Part shown: positions 49,820-61,200 of the stretch, one piece after another
Numbering within the stretch: the first letter of the stretch is position 1
Layout of the letters: every line of letters starts with the position of its first letter
Origin: the human T2T-CHM13v2.0 reference genome, Homo sapiens
DNA: 64,000 nt
NCBI RefSeq assembly: GCF_009914755.1
Contig: NC_060925.1
Direction: 5' to 3' (one strand)
Notes under the pieces: generated by a model
Seen by the model: the letters and a program-made list of their open reading frames with translations, nothing else
What the model was told of the DNA's origin: nothing
Database searches by the model: none
Program-made: the position numbers and the translations under genes

Positions 49820-50449
49820 TCACTTCTGCTGCTCCACACACCCAGAGAAGGAGTGGGGTGGGGGGTGGTTAACAGGGTATGCTGGGGGTGGAGGATTTGG
49901 TGGGGGCTGGGAGGTGGGGGAGGGGCCCAGAAAACCTTCCTGATTCTGGAGGGAGGCTTGCAGAGCAGGCCCTGCAGGGGCCATCCCATCCCTTCTCCTG
50001 CCTCCCTCCTCCAGAGCAAATCCTTGGTGCCTGGAGGGCTCTAAAGGAGGAGTTGCTGTCCCGTGCTCCTTCGCAATTTACCCTGTGCACGGAAGTCCTC
50101 CAGAGCTCTAACCTCTCCCCGACCCCTGCAGTATCTCCCTTTGTTCAGTCTTCAGTGGAAATGGAGAAATTCCTAGTTCCACTCTCCATGTTCTTGTCTG
50201 GTGAGAGGACTTGGAAATTACTCCTGCAGGTTGATTTTCTTAACCAGGGTGGGGAGTATTATAGGAACTGGAGAAAGAGGAGAAGGACTTAGTATTTAGT
50301 GTCTGAAAATATTTTGCTCTTGAGGACTCTGACAGCTGGAACCACACCTGGTTGCCCCACTCATCTGATGGTGGGGCAGTAGTTCCAGTGACCAGAAAAA
50401 TTAAACCTCAATTTACATTCTGAGGGTGAGGCTAGAGGTACCCTCAGGA

Positions 50450-50620
50450 AAGGTACTGGACTGGGAGTCAGGAGACCTGGATTTGAGGACTAGCCCTGCC
50501 CTGCCACTTACTAGCTGGGCGACCTTGGACAAGCCACTAGTCCCCTCTGGACCTCAACTTCCTTATCTGTAAAACAAGGGGGTGGGCCAGGCGATGTCTA
50601 ATCAGGTTCCGGTCAGCTCC
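50450..50620 (+). mobile_element. MIR SINE
   Basis: ggactgggagtcaggagacctgg...gaccttggacaag...cctcaacttccttatctgtaaaa. Confidence 0.75.
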
Positions 50621-50903
50621 AGGCTCCAGCATGTGGAGATCCTGTGTGTGGCATCACTTAGCGCCGAGAAGTGCAGAAGTCACAGTTGCCCCTGCCCCTT
50701 CTCACCCTGGATCCTCACCCAGGTGTCGCATCATGCCAGTCAGTCTGGCCGACTCCACCAGTTAGGTATTCCCGGCCTCGGACCAAACCTAAGCCCCACC
50801 TCAACTGATACTCCTTTCCCAGGGCCCCACCCCCGCCCCCCAAATCTCTGGATCTGAGAGCAGCTGGTGAGGAGGGAGGGTAACAGTCATACAAATCCTC
50901 CAG

Positions 50904-50997
50904 CCAATCTGCCCCCAGCTTTATCACCCGCCAATCTGGGATTATCCCATCGGAGGCTCAATCTCCTTAGGCATGTGTGTGCGGGTGCGCATGCGCA
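50904..50997. promoter_or_regulatory. Two CCAAT boxes and a perfect NRF1 palindrome in CELF3 intron 2
   Basis: CCAAT at 50904 and 50931; TGCGCATGCGCA at 50986-50997. Confidence 0.55.
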
Positions 50998-53979
50998 AGC
51001 AAAGCGTGTCGTGGGGGCAGATGCTCAGGGTGCATGGGCTTTCACCTCCTTCTCTCCTGTGCTCTAGCCAAAGCACTCAGGAAATTCCCTCACAGGCACC
51101 TCCGCAGCCAGGCACCCACCCCTACACCCACGCCAAAAGAAGCAGAATCAGAACCAGGGTTGGGGGATTCTTACGCTTGGCGCTAGCCCCCTTCCCAGCA
51201 GGCCTGGGGATTTGCTGTTCTAGATGGAGATGGGAACCTGGGACCCAGAGAGAAAGGATGCAGTTCCCTCCTGGCATAGGCTCCCAGGCACAAAAATAGC
51301 ATCTCGAGAAATACCCACGGCTGATGTGGATTCGCACAAAGAGACACACAAGTGTACAGACCACAGCAAGGACCGTGCTGACGGTAGGCTCCCCCTACAC
51401 CCTCACAGACAGGACCCTTGGCGCTCCAGTGTCCCCTTCCCAGCCTCCTTCTTCGTGGCCTGGCACTTCCTGTGGGGAGCTCAGGCTTCGTTAGCTCAGC
51501 TCAGACACACCTGCCCCCTCCCCTGAGTCCAGCTGTGCCCTGTTTACCTGGCAACCAGGCGCAGCACCTTTCCTCCCTAGTTACTACCCACCAGGTGACA
51601 AGCCCTCCCTCGGGCCTCCCAAAGAAGGAGTGGCTATTTATACCCCAACCCAGTATAGCCGAGCCCCTCCACCACGGTCACTTTTAAGGCCTTCATCTTT
51701 CTCGCCAATAGCAAAAACTCCACTTCCAAGAAGACCTCACAGTTCTCACAAAATCTAATTCTTTTGAGGGTACAGCCTGGGGTCCTGCCACTCCTGGCTC
51801 CACACTTGTTCCCGGCGTCCCAGACCACTCACAGGTTCTCTCCGTGGGGCCAGAATCCACCTTCCTGACTGCAGACCGACAGGGAAGGCCCATGTCCCCC
51901 AAGTGGGATTTTGGTTCAGGGTGAAGGGGGAAGAGCTGGACAGAGGGCAACCCCCACTCCACCACCTCCATGATGCCACACCCTGCTCAGAGGACAAATT
52001 CAGGGACCTGTGGCAGAGCCACTCCTGGGAACTCTTAGGGGAGAGAAAAGGAAATGGGGCTCAACAGCTATAGGCCCAGCCCCCATTCTTTCTCTTTCCC
52101 TCTGCAGCCCAAAATATCACCCTAGTATGGTAGCACCTTCTAGATTTTTGGGGTGACAGAGATGGGGAGCAAGGAGAGGGGGCTAAATGTCTGATTTTTT
52201 TTAAAAAACCTGCAGTAGGAAGGCATGGAGATTAAACAGTAGGAAGAACAGTTATGCAGGAGCTGACACACTGCACACACATGCGTGTGCATGCACACAC
52301 ACTCATGCATGCACACACACACTGCATGCACACACACGTGCAAACACACACTGAGGGGAGAATGCAGGTAGCAGGAGAAGACTTAGGGAAGACAAAGGGT
52401 CACAGACATCTGCTCCCCACAACTGCCCTGGGTCTGTTCCTTCAAACCCCTTGGATGGGGGTCCCTCTTGGAGGATGGAACCCTCATTTCCTACTGGAAG
52501 CTGTGTCAGGTCCCTCTGGATTCTGTCCCCTGGGACAAGGGCTAAAGTGGAGAATTCAGCGTCACCTAGAAGCTCTGGAGAAGGGCTAGACAATCATTAA
52601 CCAGGCGCCCTTCTTCCTCACCCCCACCCTGGGCTGGACTTCCTCAAGAAGGGCAGGTGGTGCCTCTCCACACCCAGGATGGAGCTCTGCCTGAGCTGCC
52701 AGGCAGCTGGAGGGGCACAGACCTAGGGTGGACACCTGCAGCTGGTACACATGACCTTTGGGGCTCATGCCCATCCCCAGGCTGTCTCTCATCCATGTCT
52801 CCACTCCAGTCCTCTTTATCTACCTTTTCCTCTGACCCCCTCTCATTTCTGCAGGGGCTCTGAGATAGGGAGACAACAGAAAAAGACAAACAGCGATGGA
52901 GATGAAAACTGTTGATTTGTGAGGGGCCTCCACAGAGAAAAACAGGGAAGGCAAGTTGGGACTGGATGGGGACCAAGCTTCCCAGGGATACGTGTGCCCA
53001 AACCCCACATATCTGGCCTGTCAAGAGCTCACATGCCTGTGTGCACAAACACACGCTCGCCTTGGGTCCTGCAGCTCACACACGTGCATGGCCCTTAACT
53101 CTGGCTGTGACAGGCAATGCCTATTCTTGACACTGACTGGGATAAGATCTTTGGTGGGCGTGGGGGTTTGGGTGGATTTGCCGCAGTTGGCTTTGCTTTC
53201 CTAGCAGTACTCAAAGGTTGAGGCCATGGAAGGGCTTGGGACAATCAGCAAGGCTGGCTGGGAAGAAGACACAAAGAGATAGGACCTTGCAGGAGAGGGG
53301 CCACCTCTGAGGCCACCCCTGCCTCCCTGGGCATACCTGGTGGCATCAGGCCTGATCCTCTACAATGTCTGTCCCTGCCCTTGCCTGCTACTTCCAGGCC
53401 TACCTCCAGCCCAGACCTGCCCAGGCCTGCCCAGGCCCTGCTCTACCCTGATGCTCTGTGGCTCTGTTCCTGGGACTCTTCCTGGGAGACAGAAGGGAGA
53501 TGAGAGCTCAAGAACCAGCACCGAGATGCCAATCTAGCCGGCACCAGCTGCCTGTTCTCTGGGCACTCCTCCCTCATCTCACAGCCACCCAGCCTGCCTT
53601 TCCAGAGTGACAAAAGAGTGCCTGGGTGCCCCCTGCTCACCCTGATCCACACTTGGTGTCCAGAGACTTTTCCCCACACCTTCCAACCAGCGAGTCCTCC
53701 CTCTAGTGTTGCCCCATGGGCAGCTTGGGAAGTGGGGAAGGGGCTGCATCTGCTCCTGGTAAAAGTCATGTTTACGCCACTAATCGCTGCTTTCCTTCTC
53801 TCCAGGTAACAAGAAATGCATGCATCTACAGCAAGAAAGATGGATGCTACAGAGAGAGAGGGGGACTTCCTGGTGATGAGAGGAGGTGGAAAATATGCTC
53901 AGTGTCAGGAGGGTGGTGAGCCTCCTGCCACTTCTATGGCCCTTCTCAGTCCCCTGGCCCTGCAAAGGGCAGGACTCAC

Positions 53980-54062
53980 CCCTGGAAGCGTCTTCTGTTC
54001 GTGCAGGGCGCTCTGGGCCTTCAGGGCTGAATCCCGGGCACAGTATGTCAGGAAGGCACATC
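53980..54062 (-). CDS. CELF3: CELF3 exon 2: (G)[27 protein letters not shown] (RRM1 RNP1)
   Basis: ctcctcag| acceptor, GGG|gtgagt donor, 83 nt. Confidence 0.96.
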
Positions 54063-55261
54063 CTGAGGAGGGGCAGGGGCAGAGAAACACGGCGGGGGGT
54101 GAGTCCTCCATCTCCCCTCTCTGAAAGGCTCCCTTCCAAAGACTGACGACTGGGAAGCTTTCCCTTCTTGTCATCTTCTGCCTGCTGGGGTAGAGAGGTG
54201 TCTCCAAGGGGTAGACTCTCTGCCCCAGAAGTGGGGCAGACACCTGGAGGCCTAAATACTGGTGGTGATGGGAGAGGGAGGACACTTGGGCTGTCAGGAG
54301 ATGGGCTTTGTGTAGGGAGAGAAGGACCATGTGACCGCCAGACAAGTAAGAGTAGTGTGGCTTTCTCTCCTGCTGAGCTGTTCTCCTTTCCCCTCTCTCC
54401 CTCACCTCCACCTCCCTCCATCTTGATCACCATCATCCCTCTCTTCTCCCATTTTCCCTATTTCCTCATCTCTCCCCACCTCCACCATAGGCAGGTGGAG
54501 GACGGAGAGTGAAATAGAGAAGGGAAGGGAAGAACAGTTAGTTAGCCGGAAGTGCCTCTTCCCTGTGCCAGGTGGAGGGGGAGCTGGTGTGGCCCCTGGG
54601 ATCCCCGGTGTGTGGAGCTCTCCAAGTGCTGACCCTGACCGCCCCCACTTAGCCGCACAGCCCTTGGATAGGCCTGAGGAGCACCCTCCCTTCTCCCCCA
54701 CTCTCTTAACTTTCTAAGCCTCCCACACTTTCCAGATCTTTACCAATCTCCAGCCTTCATGCCCTGCTTCCTAGTCCCTCTCTTTAGTCCTGGAGCTGCC
54801 CTGCCCAGTCCAGCTCCACGCTTTCCACATTGAACACCTGACCCTGTGTCCTGACCCCCATCCCAATATTATCTGAGGCTGCTCAGATTCTCAGTCTTGC
54901 TGCACACGCACACACACACACACCCCTACCCAGCTGCTTATCTCCCAAACCAGCTCTCTTGTCCCTCCATTCTTTCTTGAGTTCATCCCATGACATCAAC
55001 ACACCCATATGTCTGGGATCCACATCTTTGCAGCCGTCTTGACAACTCTTCAGCCAAAAGAGGCCCTCCTTAGTCCTTCACCGGGGTTTCCTGATCACTC
55101 TAGCTGAGTTCTTTTTCAGCTCCTCCATCCACTTTCCTCAGGCCTGAACTCTTCTCCTTCCACATCAGCCCTTCCCAGCCGCTCCACCCCTCCAGCCTGG
55201 CTTAACTTCCCCCAGCCTCCCAGCCCACCCCGAAGCCTCTTCAGCCTGCCCGACCCCTCAC

Positions 55262-55406
55262 CCTTGTGCAGCCCGGTGTACTTGTCCTTGATGACAGTCA
55301 GCTCAAAGATCCGACCAAACTGTTCGAAGATGGGCTTCAGGTCCTTCTCCTCCAGATGCCTCGGGATCTGCCCCACAAACAGCTTGATGGCATCCGGCTC
55401 CTTCAT
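55262..55406 (-). CDS. CELF3: CELF3 exon 1 coding part: [48 protein letters not shown]; CUGBP Elav-like family member 3
   Basis: ATG at 55406, AGG|gtgagg donor; the 12 exons sum to 1398 nt = 465 aa + stop, with three RRMs. Confidence 0.97.
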
Positions 55407-55609
55407 TGAGGCGGCCCAGGAGGAGGGGCCGAGGGGAGCAGGGAGAGGCCCAAAGGCCAAGGGGAGCTGCCCAGCAAGGAGATAAGTGGTGGGGCCCGGG
55501 GGCCCAGCTGGGGCTGGCTTTCCCTTTGGCCCCCAACCACGCTGCTAAGCAGAGGGGCGGCTCTTCACACAAAGGAGGCCCAGGGAGTTGAGTGCTAGGG
55601 GTCAGGGGT

Positions 55610-55642
55610 CTAGGCAGACGCTGTCATGCCACCAGGGGGCAT
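55610..55642 (-). other. uORF MPPGGMTASA* in the CELF3 5' leader
   Basis: Two in-frame ATGs (55642, 55627) and TAG ending at 55610. Confidence 0.6.
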
Positions 55643-56485
55643 CGCCTAAACAAACGATCTCCCTCCCAGAGATCTGGCAAATGTCCCAGGATGGGGGTGA
55701 GTATGGCCAAGACCTGGAGGGTTAGGTGGTAGCCGGGGGTGCTAGGGCTTAGAGGGCTGGGAACTGGGAGTTGAGATGAGAGCTGGAGGCGGGGAAAGGG
55801 CCTGAGGAGGGTGATGGGGAGGAGACTGAGGGGTTAAGGGGCCTGCTATGGTTGCCAGCAGCGTCAGTAAGGGGGGCCCACTCCTGATGTGGGGCAGGTG
55901 AATCTCTCGTTGGCTTCCCTGGGAGGACACCTCCCCTGTGGCGGATCCTTCTGCTGGGTCCGAAGATCCCTGATGCCAGATGCTTGATCTCTGATGGCGG
56001 CAGGGCTCCAGGGGTCCCTTTTGCCCTGCCGCCCCCCTTCAGGTCCTCCCCTCAGCCCCCCTCCCACCCCCACCCCAGTCCCCGGGCCTGGGCTGCTGCC
56101 GGCTGCTCCCGCCGCTGGGGCTGCCTGCTTTCCCGGTCACCTGGGTCCCGGAGCTCTGCTCTCCGGCCGCGCTCTCCTCAACAAAAACCTCCCCCCTCCA
56201 CACCCCCCTCCCCACTCCCACCTCCTTTCCCCTGACATCAGTGATGTCAGTCTCAGGGGTCGAATACAAATTCTCTACCCTGGAGAGGGACGCACAATCC
56301 AGGCACGAGCCACGCCCTCTTTCTATCTCCATCCTCCCTGACTCCCTTCCCGCCCCCAGAAGAGCAGCTGGTCCTGTTGATAATAACCCTTCCCCCATCT
56401 TACTCCCCAGTCAGGAGTTGGGCAAAGCACTAAGATGGAGAATTTATAGAGGAACCCTAAAGTGGGGTCCATTGTTCCGGGGGCT

Positions 56486-56506
56486 GGAGCTGTCCCCGGT
56501 GCTGGA
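56486..56506 (-). promoter_or_regulatory. REST/NRSF RE1 element upstream of CELF3
   Basis: TCCAGCACCGGGGACAGCTCC versus consensus TTCAGCACCACGGACAGCGCC, 17/21 identical with canonical spacing. Confidence 0.8.
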
Positions 56507-57564
56507 AGACTCAGCAGATGGGGGGTGGCGGGGAAAGAGGGGAGCCCGGCATCTGGGGAGCCCCAAGAGTAGAGAGTCAAGGAAAGAAATCAGGGGAAAG
56601 AAAAATGAGAAAGGACGGTTGCATAGGCTGAAGGGAAAGGAGATATAGATGGAGAGGGAAGCAGGTCGCAGAGTCTGGGGGAAAAAGAAAAAATGCAGAG
56701 AGGAAAAATGGAAAGGGACGTGGAGAAGGAGGAGCAGGATGAGAAGAATGCAGAAAGAGAACTGTATATTTTCCAGAAAAGGAACCAAGAAAAACGATAG
56801 CTTTCTGGCATTTGCCGATGCCCCCTTCTCTCCCTCTGGGGGGTTTGTGTGTATAAGTGCGTGGGCAGGGAGGCCGCGGAGGCGGCGCCGCGGGCGCTCT
56901 CACTTGTAAGCTCCTTGAAGACCAGGACACCGTTTAATTCAGCATCTTACTGTTCACAGTGTCTAGCACCCTGTCTTGCTCATGCGTAGCAGGAGCTTAA
57001 CAAACACTCCATGCAAACAACCTCTGACAACAGTGGATTCCTGATTCCTTCAGTGGGAAGAACCACAGCTGTCAAGCTTCCCCTTAGGATGCAGAAACCC
57101 AATTACTCTTTCCTTTGCTTCTTTCTTCAGTTGGGTTCTTTGAGTTGGACTCAAATTGAGCCAGGTAGCACAGAAGAGCAGGGGAGGCACATTCGGGGAC
57201 CATTGCTCCCCTGACCATGGATACTTCTATGGATGATTGGCAGGCTCCACGATCTGGAGGGAGCGTGACCCCTCCATGCACTGGGCCCACTCAGAGCACG
57301 CCCTCAGTGCAGGGATTATCTGTGGACATCAAACCTTGTCAGTGGTGGTAGCCCTTGCTTTCTGTCAGTGCTCAGCAACGGGGGCTCTCCTGGGGCTCTG
57401 GGCTTTTGTAGAGCACCCTGTCTTCCTGTCATTCCCTTCTTCTCCCCCGGGGTAGGGCTGCTGTTTCCACAGAGGCACTCGTGTCTCTAAACTGTGTCCC
57501 AGCTGAGTCCCAGGGGCCTCCATTCCTGAGCTATCACGGCAGGCAGGCTTCTCTTCTGGAAGGG

Positions 57565-57815
57565 AAATAATAGTAACAGCCAGTGCTTACATGGCTCTTA
57601 CAGTGTCCCAGGCTTTGTGCCAAGTGCTTTATATTTACTAACTCCTAAACCCTCACCACCCCCCTATGATGTAGATTTTGTCATCTCCAAATAGAGAGGA
57701 GGTAACCAAGACACAGAGCTGAAATAACTTGCCTAAAGCCATGCAGCTAGAAAGAGGTCTAGCTGAGACTGGAGCCTGGGCAGTCTGGCTCCTGAGTCCA
57801 CGCATTTAACTCCCA
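57565..57815 (-). mobile_element. MIR SINE
   Basis: gtgccaagtgctttatat...aataacttgcctaaagcca...cagtctggctcc. Confidence 0.7.
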
Positions 57816-59334
57816 CATCAAACATTCCTCTTGAGAATGGGAGCAGTGGTGAAGTCTGGCCTTTCTTCCTCTTCTGTCTCCATTTAAGCCCTGGATGAGA
57901 GAGAGTCTTTCTTTTTACTGCTTGATTCTGTGGACCACCTCCCATCCTTCCTTAGCCTGTTTTTTTGTTGTGGCCTGGAGCCACGCTCTGGCAGGTGCTT
58001 GCATTTGAGTGAATGTGTATGTGTGTAGACTTGATTACACTTCATCACATGGATGCCCGGGTCCCCCAAGTAGGGTCCCCTAAGATGGGGTGGCAGTGGG
58101 GGGAGGTGCTAGAGGACTCAGTGGTGGGTGCTCAGAAGAAGCGAATGACGGCAGAGCCAGGGAATCAAGAAGGGCACACACATCTTGAAAGTAACTTTCC
58201 ACTCACCTACCCCACCCCCACTGCTCCTTTCCTTGCCTTCTAATCTGATCTTGGTATTTATGGAGATGCTAAACAGATCATGTCCTCTGAGGATGGAGAA
58301 GGGGAAGACCCTATGGCCCTGTTGATCTCATTACTCTATGTCTTCTCAGCAGATCTGCCGCCCTGCTGCTCATTCAGGCTTGGGGCTAATCATATTAATT
58401 GAAATATTAAACATTCACAAAAATGAATTAAAATGAACTCCCCTCACTCCTCCTCCCAGTCAGTAATTGGGGAGACAGCTGCAGACAGCAAAATGCGTCC
58501 AGTCCTTTGCTTAGTTTGTGGTCCCCAAAGGTGTCAGTCTGAGAGAAGAGGCAGGGTTTAGAGGAGAAGAGTTGTACCACTCATCAGACTCTCCTTGCTG
58601 AGTGACGGTGAACACATCTCTGGTGTTCTTTCAGGCCATGGGATGGGAGTCCTGTGAGGTAAAGGCAGGGGAGCCCTGAGACTCAGATGCCTATTCTGGA
58701 AAGTTTCTCTCTAGGAGAGAGAGAGGCTTCCAGGATACTTTCTCTGCCCACCACCCCCAAGCTCACCCTCTTTTTTATTCCTCTGCAGTCAAAGCTAGGC
58801 TGCCCTACATAAAAAGATTATTGAATTTATAAAGGGAGAGCTCTGATCCTGGCTTTAGATTCTTAGGAAATGAGAAATGCTGGATAATTGGGATATTTTT
58901 CAGAAAGGGCAAAATGTGGTGGTATGTGTGGGCAGAGTGGCTAGTCATGAAGTACTTACTGGCTTCCCTGATTGAATACAGAGTGAAGACATCTGCAGCA
59001 GAATTTATGAGAGTGCACAAAGAATTGATTCTATAACCTTCCTGCCCTCAAGTGGCTTCCACCTCAAGTGGAAGGTAAGACAGGCCAACACAATACATAA
59101 TAGTGAGTACTGAGACGCTGTTAAAAAAACAAAAAGTAGCCCCTCTCATACATGGGCATTTGGGTCATAGGATGTGATCAGTGAAGAAAGGCTTGATTGA
59201 TTATCAAAGCACAAGAAGATCACAGATTGGCAGACGGAGGGTATCAATCATTTCCTACTTGGAGGTGGGGAGGTAGAGAACACTGTGCATGCCTGTGTGT
59301 GTTTGAGTGTGTAGGTTTGCTGGTCCAGGCTCTG

Positions 59335-59635
59335 GCATTGTCTAATATAATACAAGCCACATATATGGTTTAAAAATGTCTAGTAGCCATATATAAAAGC
59401 AAAAAGAAACAAGAGAAATTACTTTTAATAATAAATGTTATTTAACCTGATATATCCAAAATACTATTTCAACATGTAAATCAATTACATGTTATTAATG
59501 AGATTTTTTTCATACCAAGCCTTCAAAATCCTGTGTGTATTTTATATTTGCTGCACATTTAACACCTACAGCCACTTTTCAAGTGTTCAAGAGCCACAGG
59601 TGGCTTGTGGTGACTGTACTGGCTGGCACAGCTCT
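59335..59635. mobile_element. hAT-Charlie element (MER33-like)
   Basis: tctagtagccatat...tatttcaacatgtaa...cagccacttttcaagtgttcaagagccaca. Confidence 0.65.
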
Positions 59636-60779
59636 GGAGGTGCCACCACCAGCTTCTCTGGAGGGAGTATGGGGAGAAAAGACAGATCTTGGCCAAGAGG
59701 AACCATTATCTCTGGTTAACCTCTTGCTCCTGCCGGGAAAAAAAAAAATCACTTCTGACAGATGGCAGCTTATCTCTCTCTCACTCTATTAACTCTCTCT
59801 CTTAAAAAAAGACAATCAACCAAAATGATCACTAACCAAGATGGGGTTCCTGGGAAGTGGCTTGTAGCCCACTACCTAATTTACTTCTTGTGGTTTTCCC
59901 TGGCTTGGGAACTGCCAACACTTTCACTTCTTTTCCTCAGTCTTTGCTGGAAAGGACAGAAGCAGACCAATGATAACCCCTCCACGGCCAGGGCCTAATG
60001 CTGAGCTTGTTTCTCATGGTATTTTCTTGCTCCTTAGGGCAGTTGTTCACAAATCTGAAAAGACAGCCTCCCTTTTTTCTCCTGCTTCTCAGAAGGCCTC
60101 TGCTGAGCACGATCTCTGTGGGGGTAGGAGCTCGGCATGTGTGTATTGACAGACAGGCTCATGCCCTTTCTCGTGGCTATTTTCAGCTCTCTGGCTTTAT
60201 GTTTCACTTTCTCTTCTTAATTAGATACTAGAAGAACAAATCTTGAAGACCAAATTCCCTTTCTCCTCCCGTATTCAGTTGGGAGTGGAATAAAATAATT
60301 TAGAATTTATGAGGAGCCCAGGGTGAAGAGAAAGTTAATCTACACAAAAAAGTCAGTCCAAGAGGGGGAAATTCTGGCAGAATGTCCCCCAGGTCCTTTC
60401 CAGCATCTTTAGTCGGACAGAACGTTCCTTCCTTTGCAGAACTCAGCTCACTCTATGTTCTGGGGTGCTTCCACGTTGTTTGAAGAATCCACGGCTCCAG
60501 TGTCGAATGTGTACCGGACAGAGGGACGGGTTGGCTTCTGGGACAGTGGAAAGGGAAGAAGCTTGGGTTCTCTTTCCCCAGTACTAGGCTTCCTCTAGCT
60601 TCTGTCCAAGTGAGGGAGTCTGGAAGCAGATTCGGGGAGACCTTTTTTCCTGTTTTACTCTAGAGCTAACAAAAAAACCCTGAAGTTGGGTGGGGTCAAA
60701 AAGGGCTCATTCCACATACAATTAAGTCCAGAAATCAGTCCCCCAATCCGGGAAAGGCGATCCTTTAGAGACCCACCCC

Positions 60780-61200
60780 CCAAGCCCCCGCCCCGGAGCT
60801 CACCCCTCAGTTCCCTCAGCCCCTAGCCCCTGCTTCGCTGAAGGGGCCGGGCTTGGGGGCAGGGCGGGGCCGGGGGCGGGGCCTCGCCGGCTCGCGGCCG
60901 GTCGCCTTGACGACCGCAGCAAGATGGAGACGCTGCCAGGCTTGCTGCAGCGGCCCGACCCCGGGGCGCTTAGCGCAGCGCAGCTGGAGCAGCTGCGAAA
61001 ATTCAAGGTGGGTGCGCCCGCGCCCCCATCCAGCGTCCACCAAAGTGTAGCTGCCCCAGGACTGGGGCCCCAGACTGGGAAGAGAGCCGCCGAGAGAAGG
61101 GGAGCGGGAGCCTGTTCCCTGATAAAGTGGGGAGGGCGCAGGGGAGACCCCCGGCGGACCTCTAGGCGTCTGATCCCAGCACAGAGCGCGACGGGCATCT
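60780..61200 (+). promoter_or_regulatory. RIIAD1 CpG-rich promoter with GC boxes and an X-box
   Basis: GGGCGGGG motifs at ~60862-60881; GTCGCCTTGACGAC at 60901-60914; high CpG density. Confidence 0.75.
60924..61007 (+). CDS. RIIAD1: RIIAD1 coding exon 1: METLPGLLQRPDPGALSAAQLEQLRKFK
   Basis: aagATGG strong Kozak context, AAG|gtgggt donor, 84 nt; recognised N-terminus. Confidence 0.9.

Noticed and set aside
54614-54632. RE1-like GGAGCTCTCCAAGTGCTGA in CELF3 intron 1
   Set aside because: Both half-sites are recognisable, but the spacer is 1 nt short of canonical; not supportable without ChIP data
42287-57455. Numerous long overlapping Pro/Gly-rich ORFs (e.g. 42963..43718, 53780..54436)
   Set aside because: Expected in GC-rich, stop-poor sequence; no recognisable domains beyond the embedded CELF3 exons
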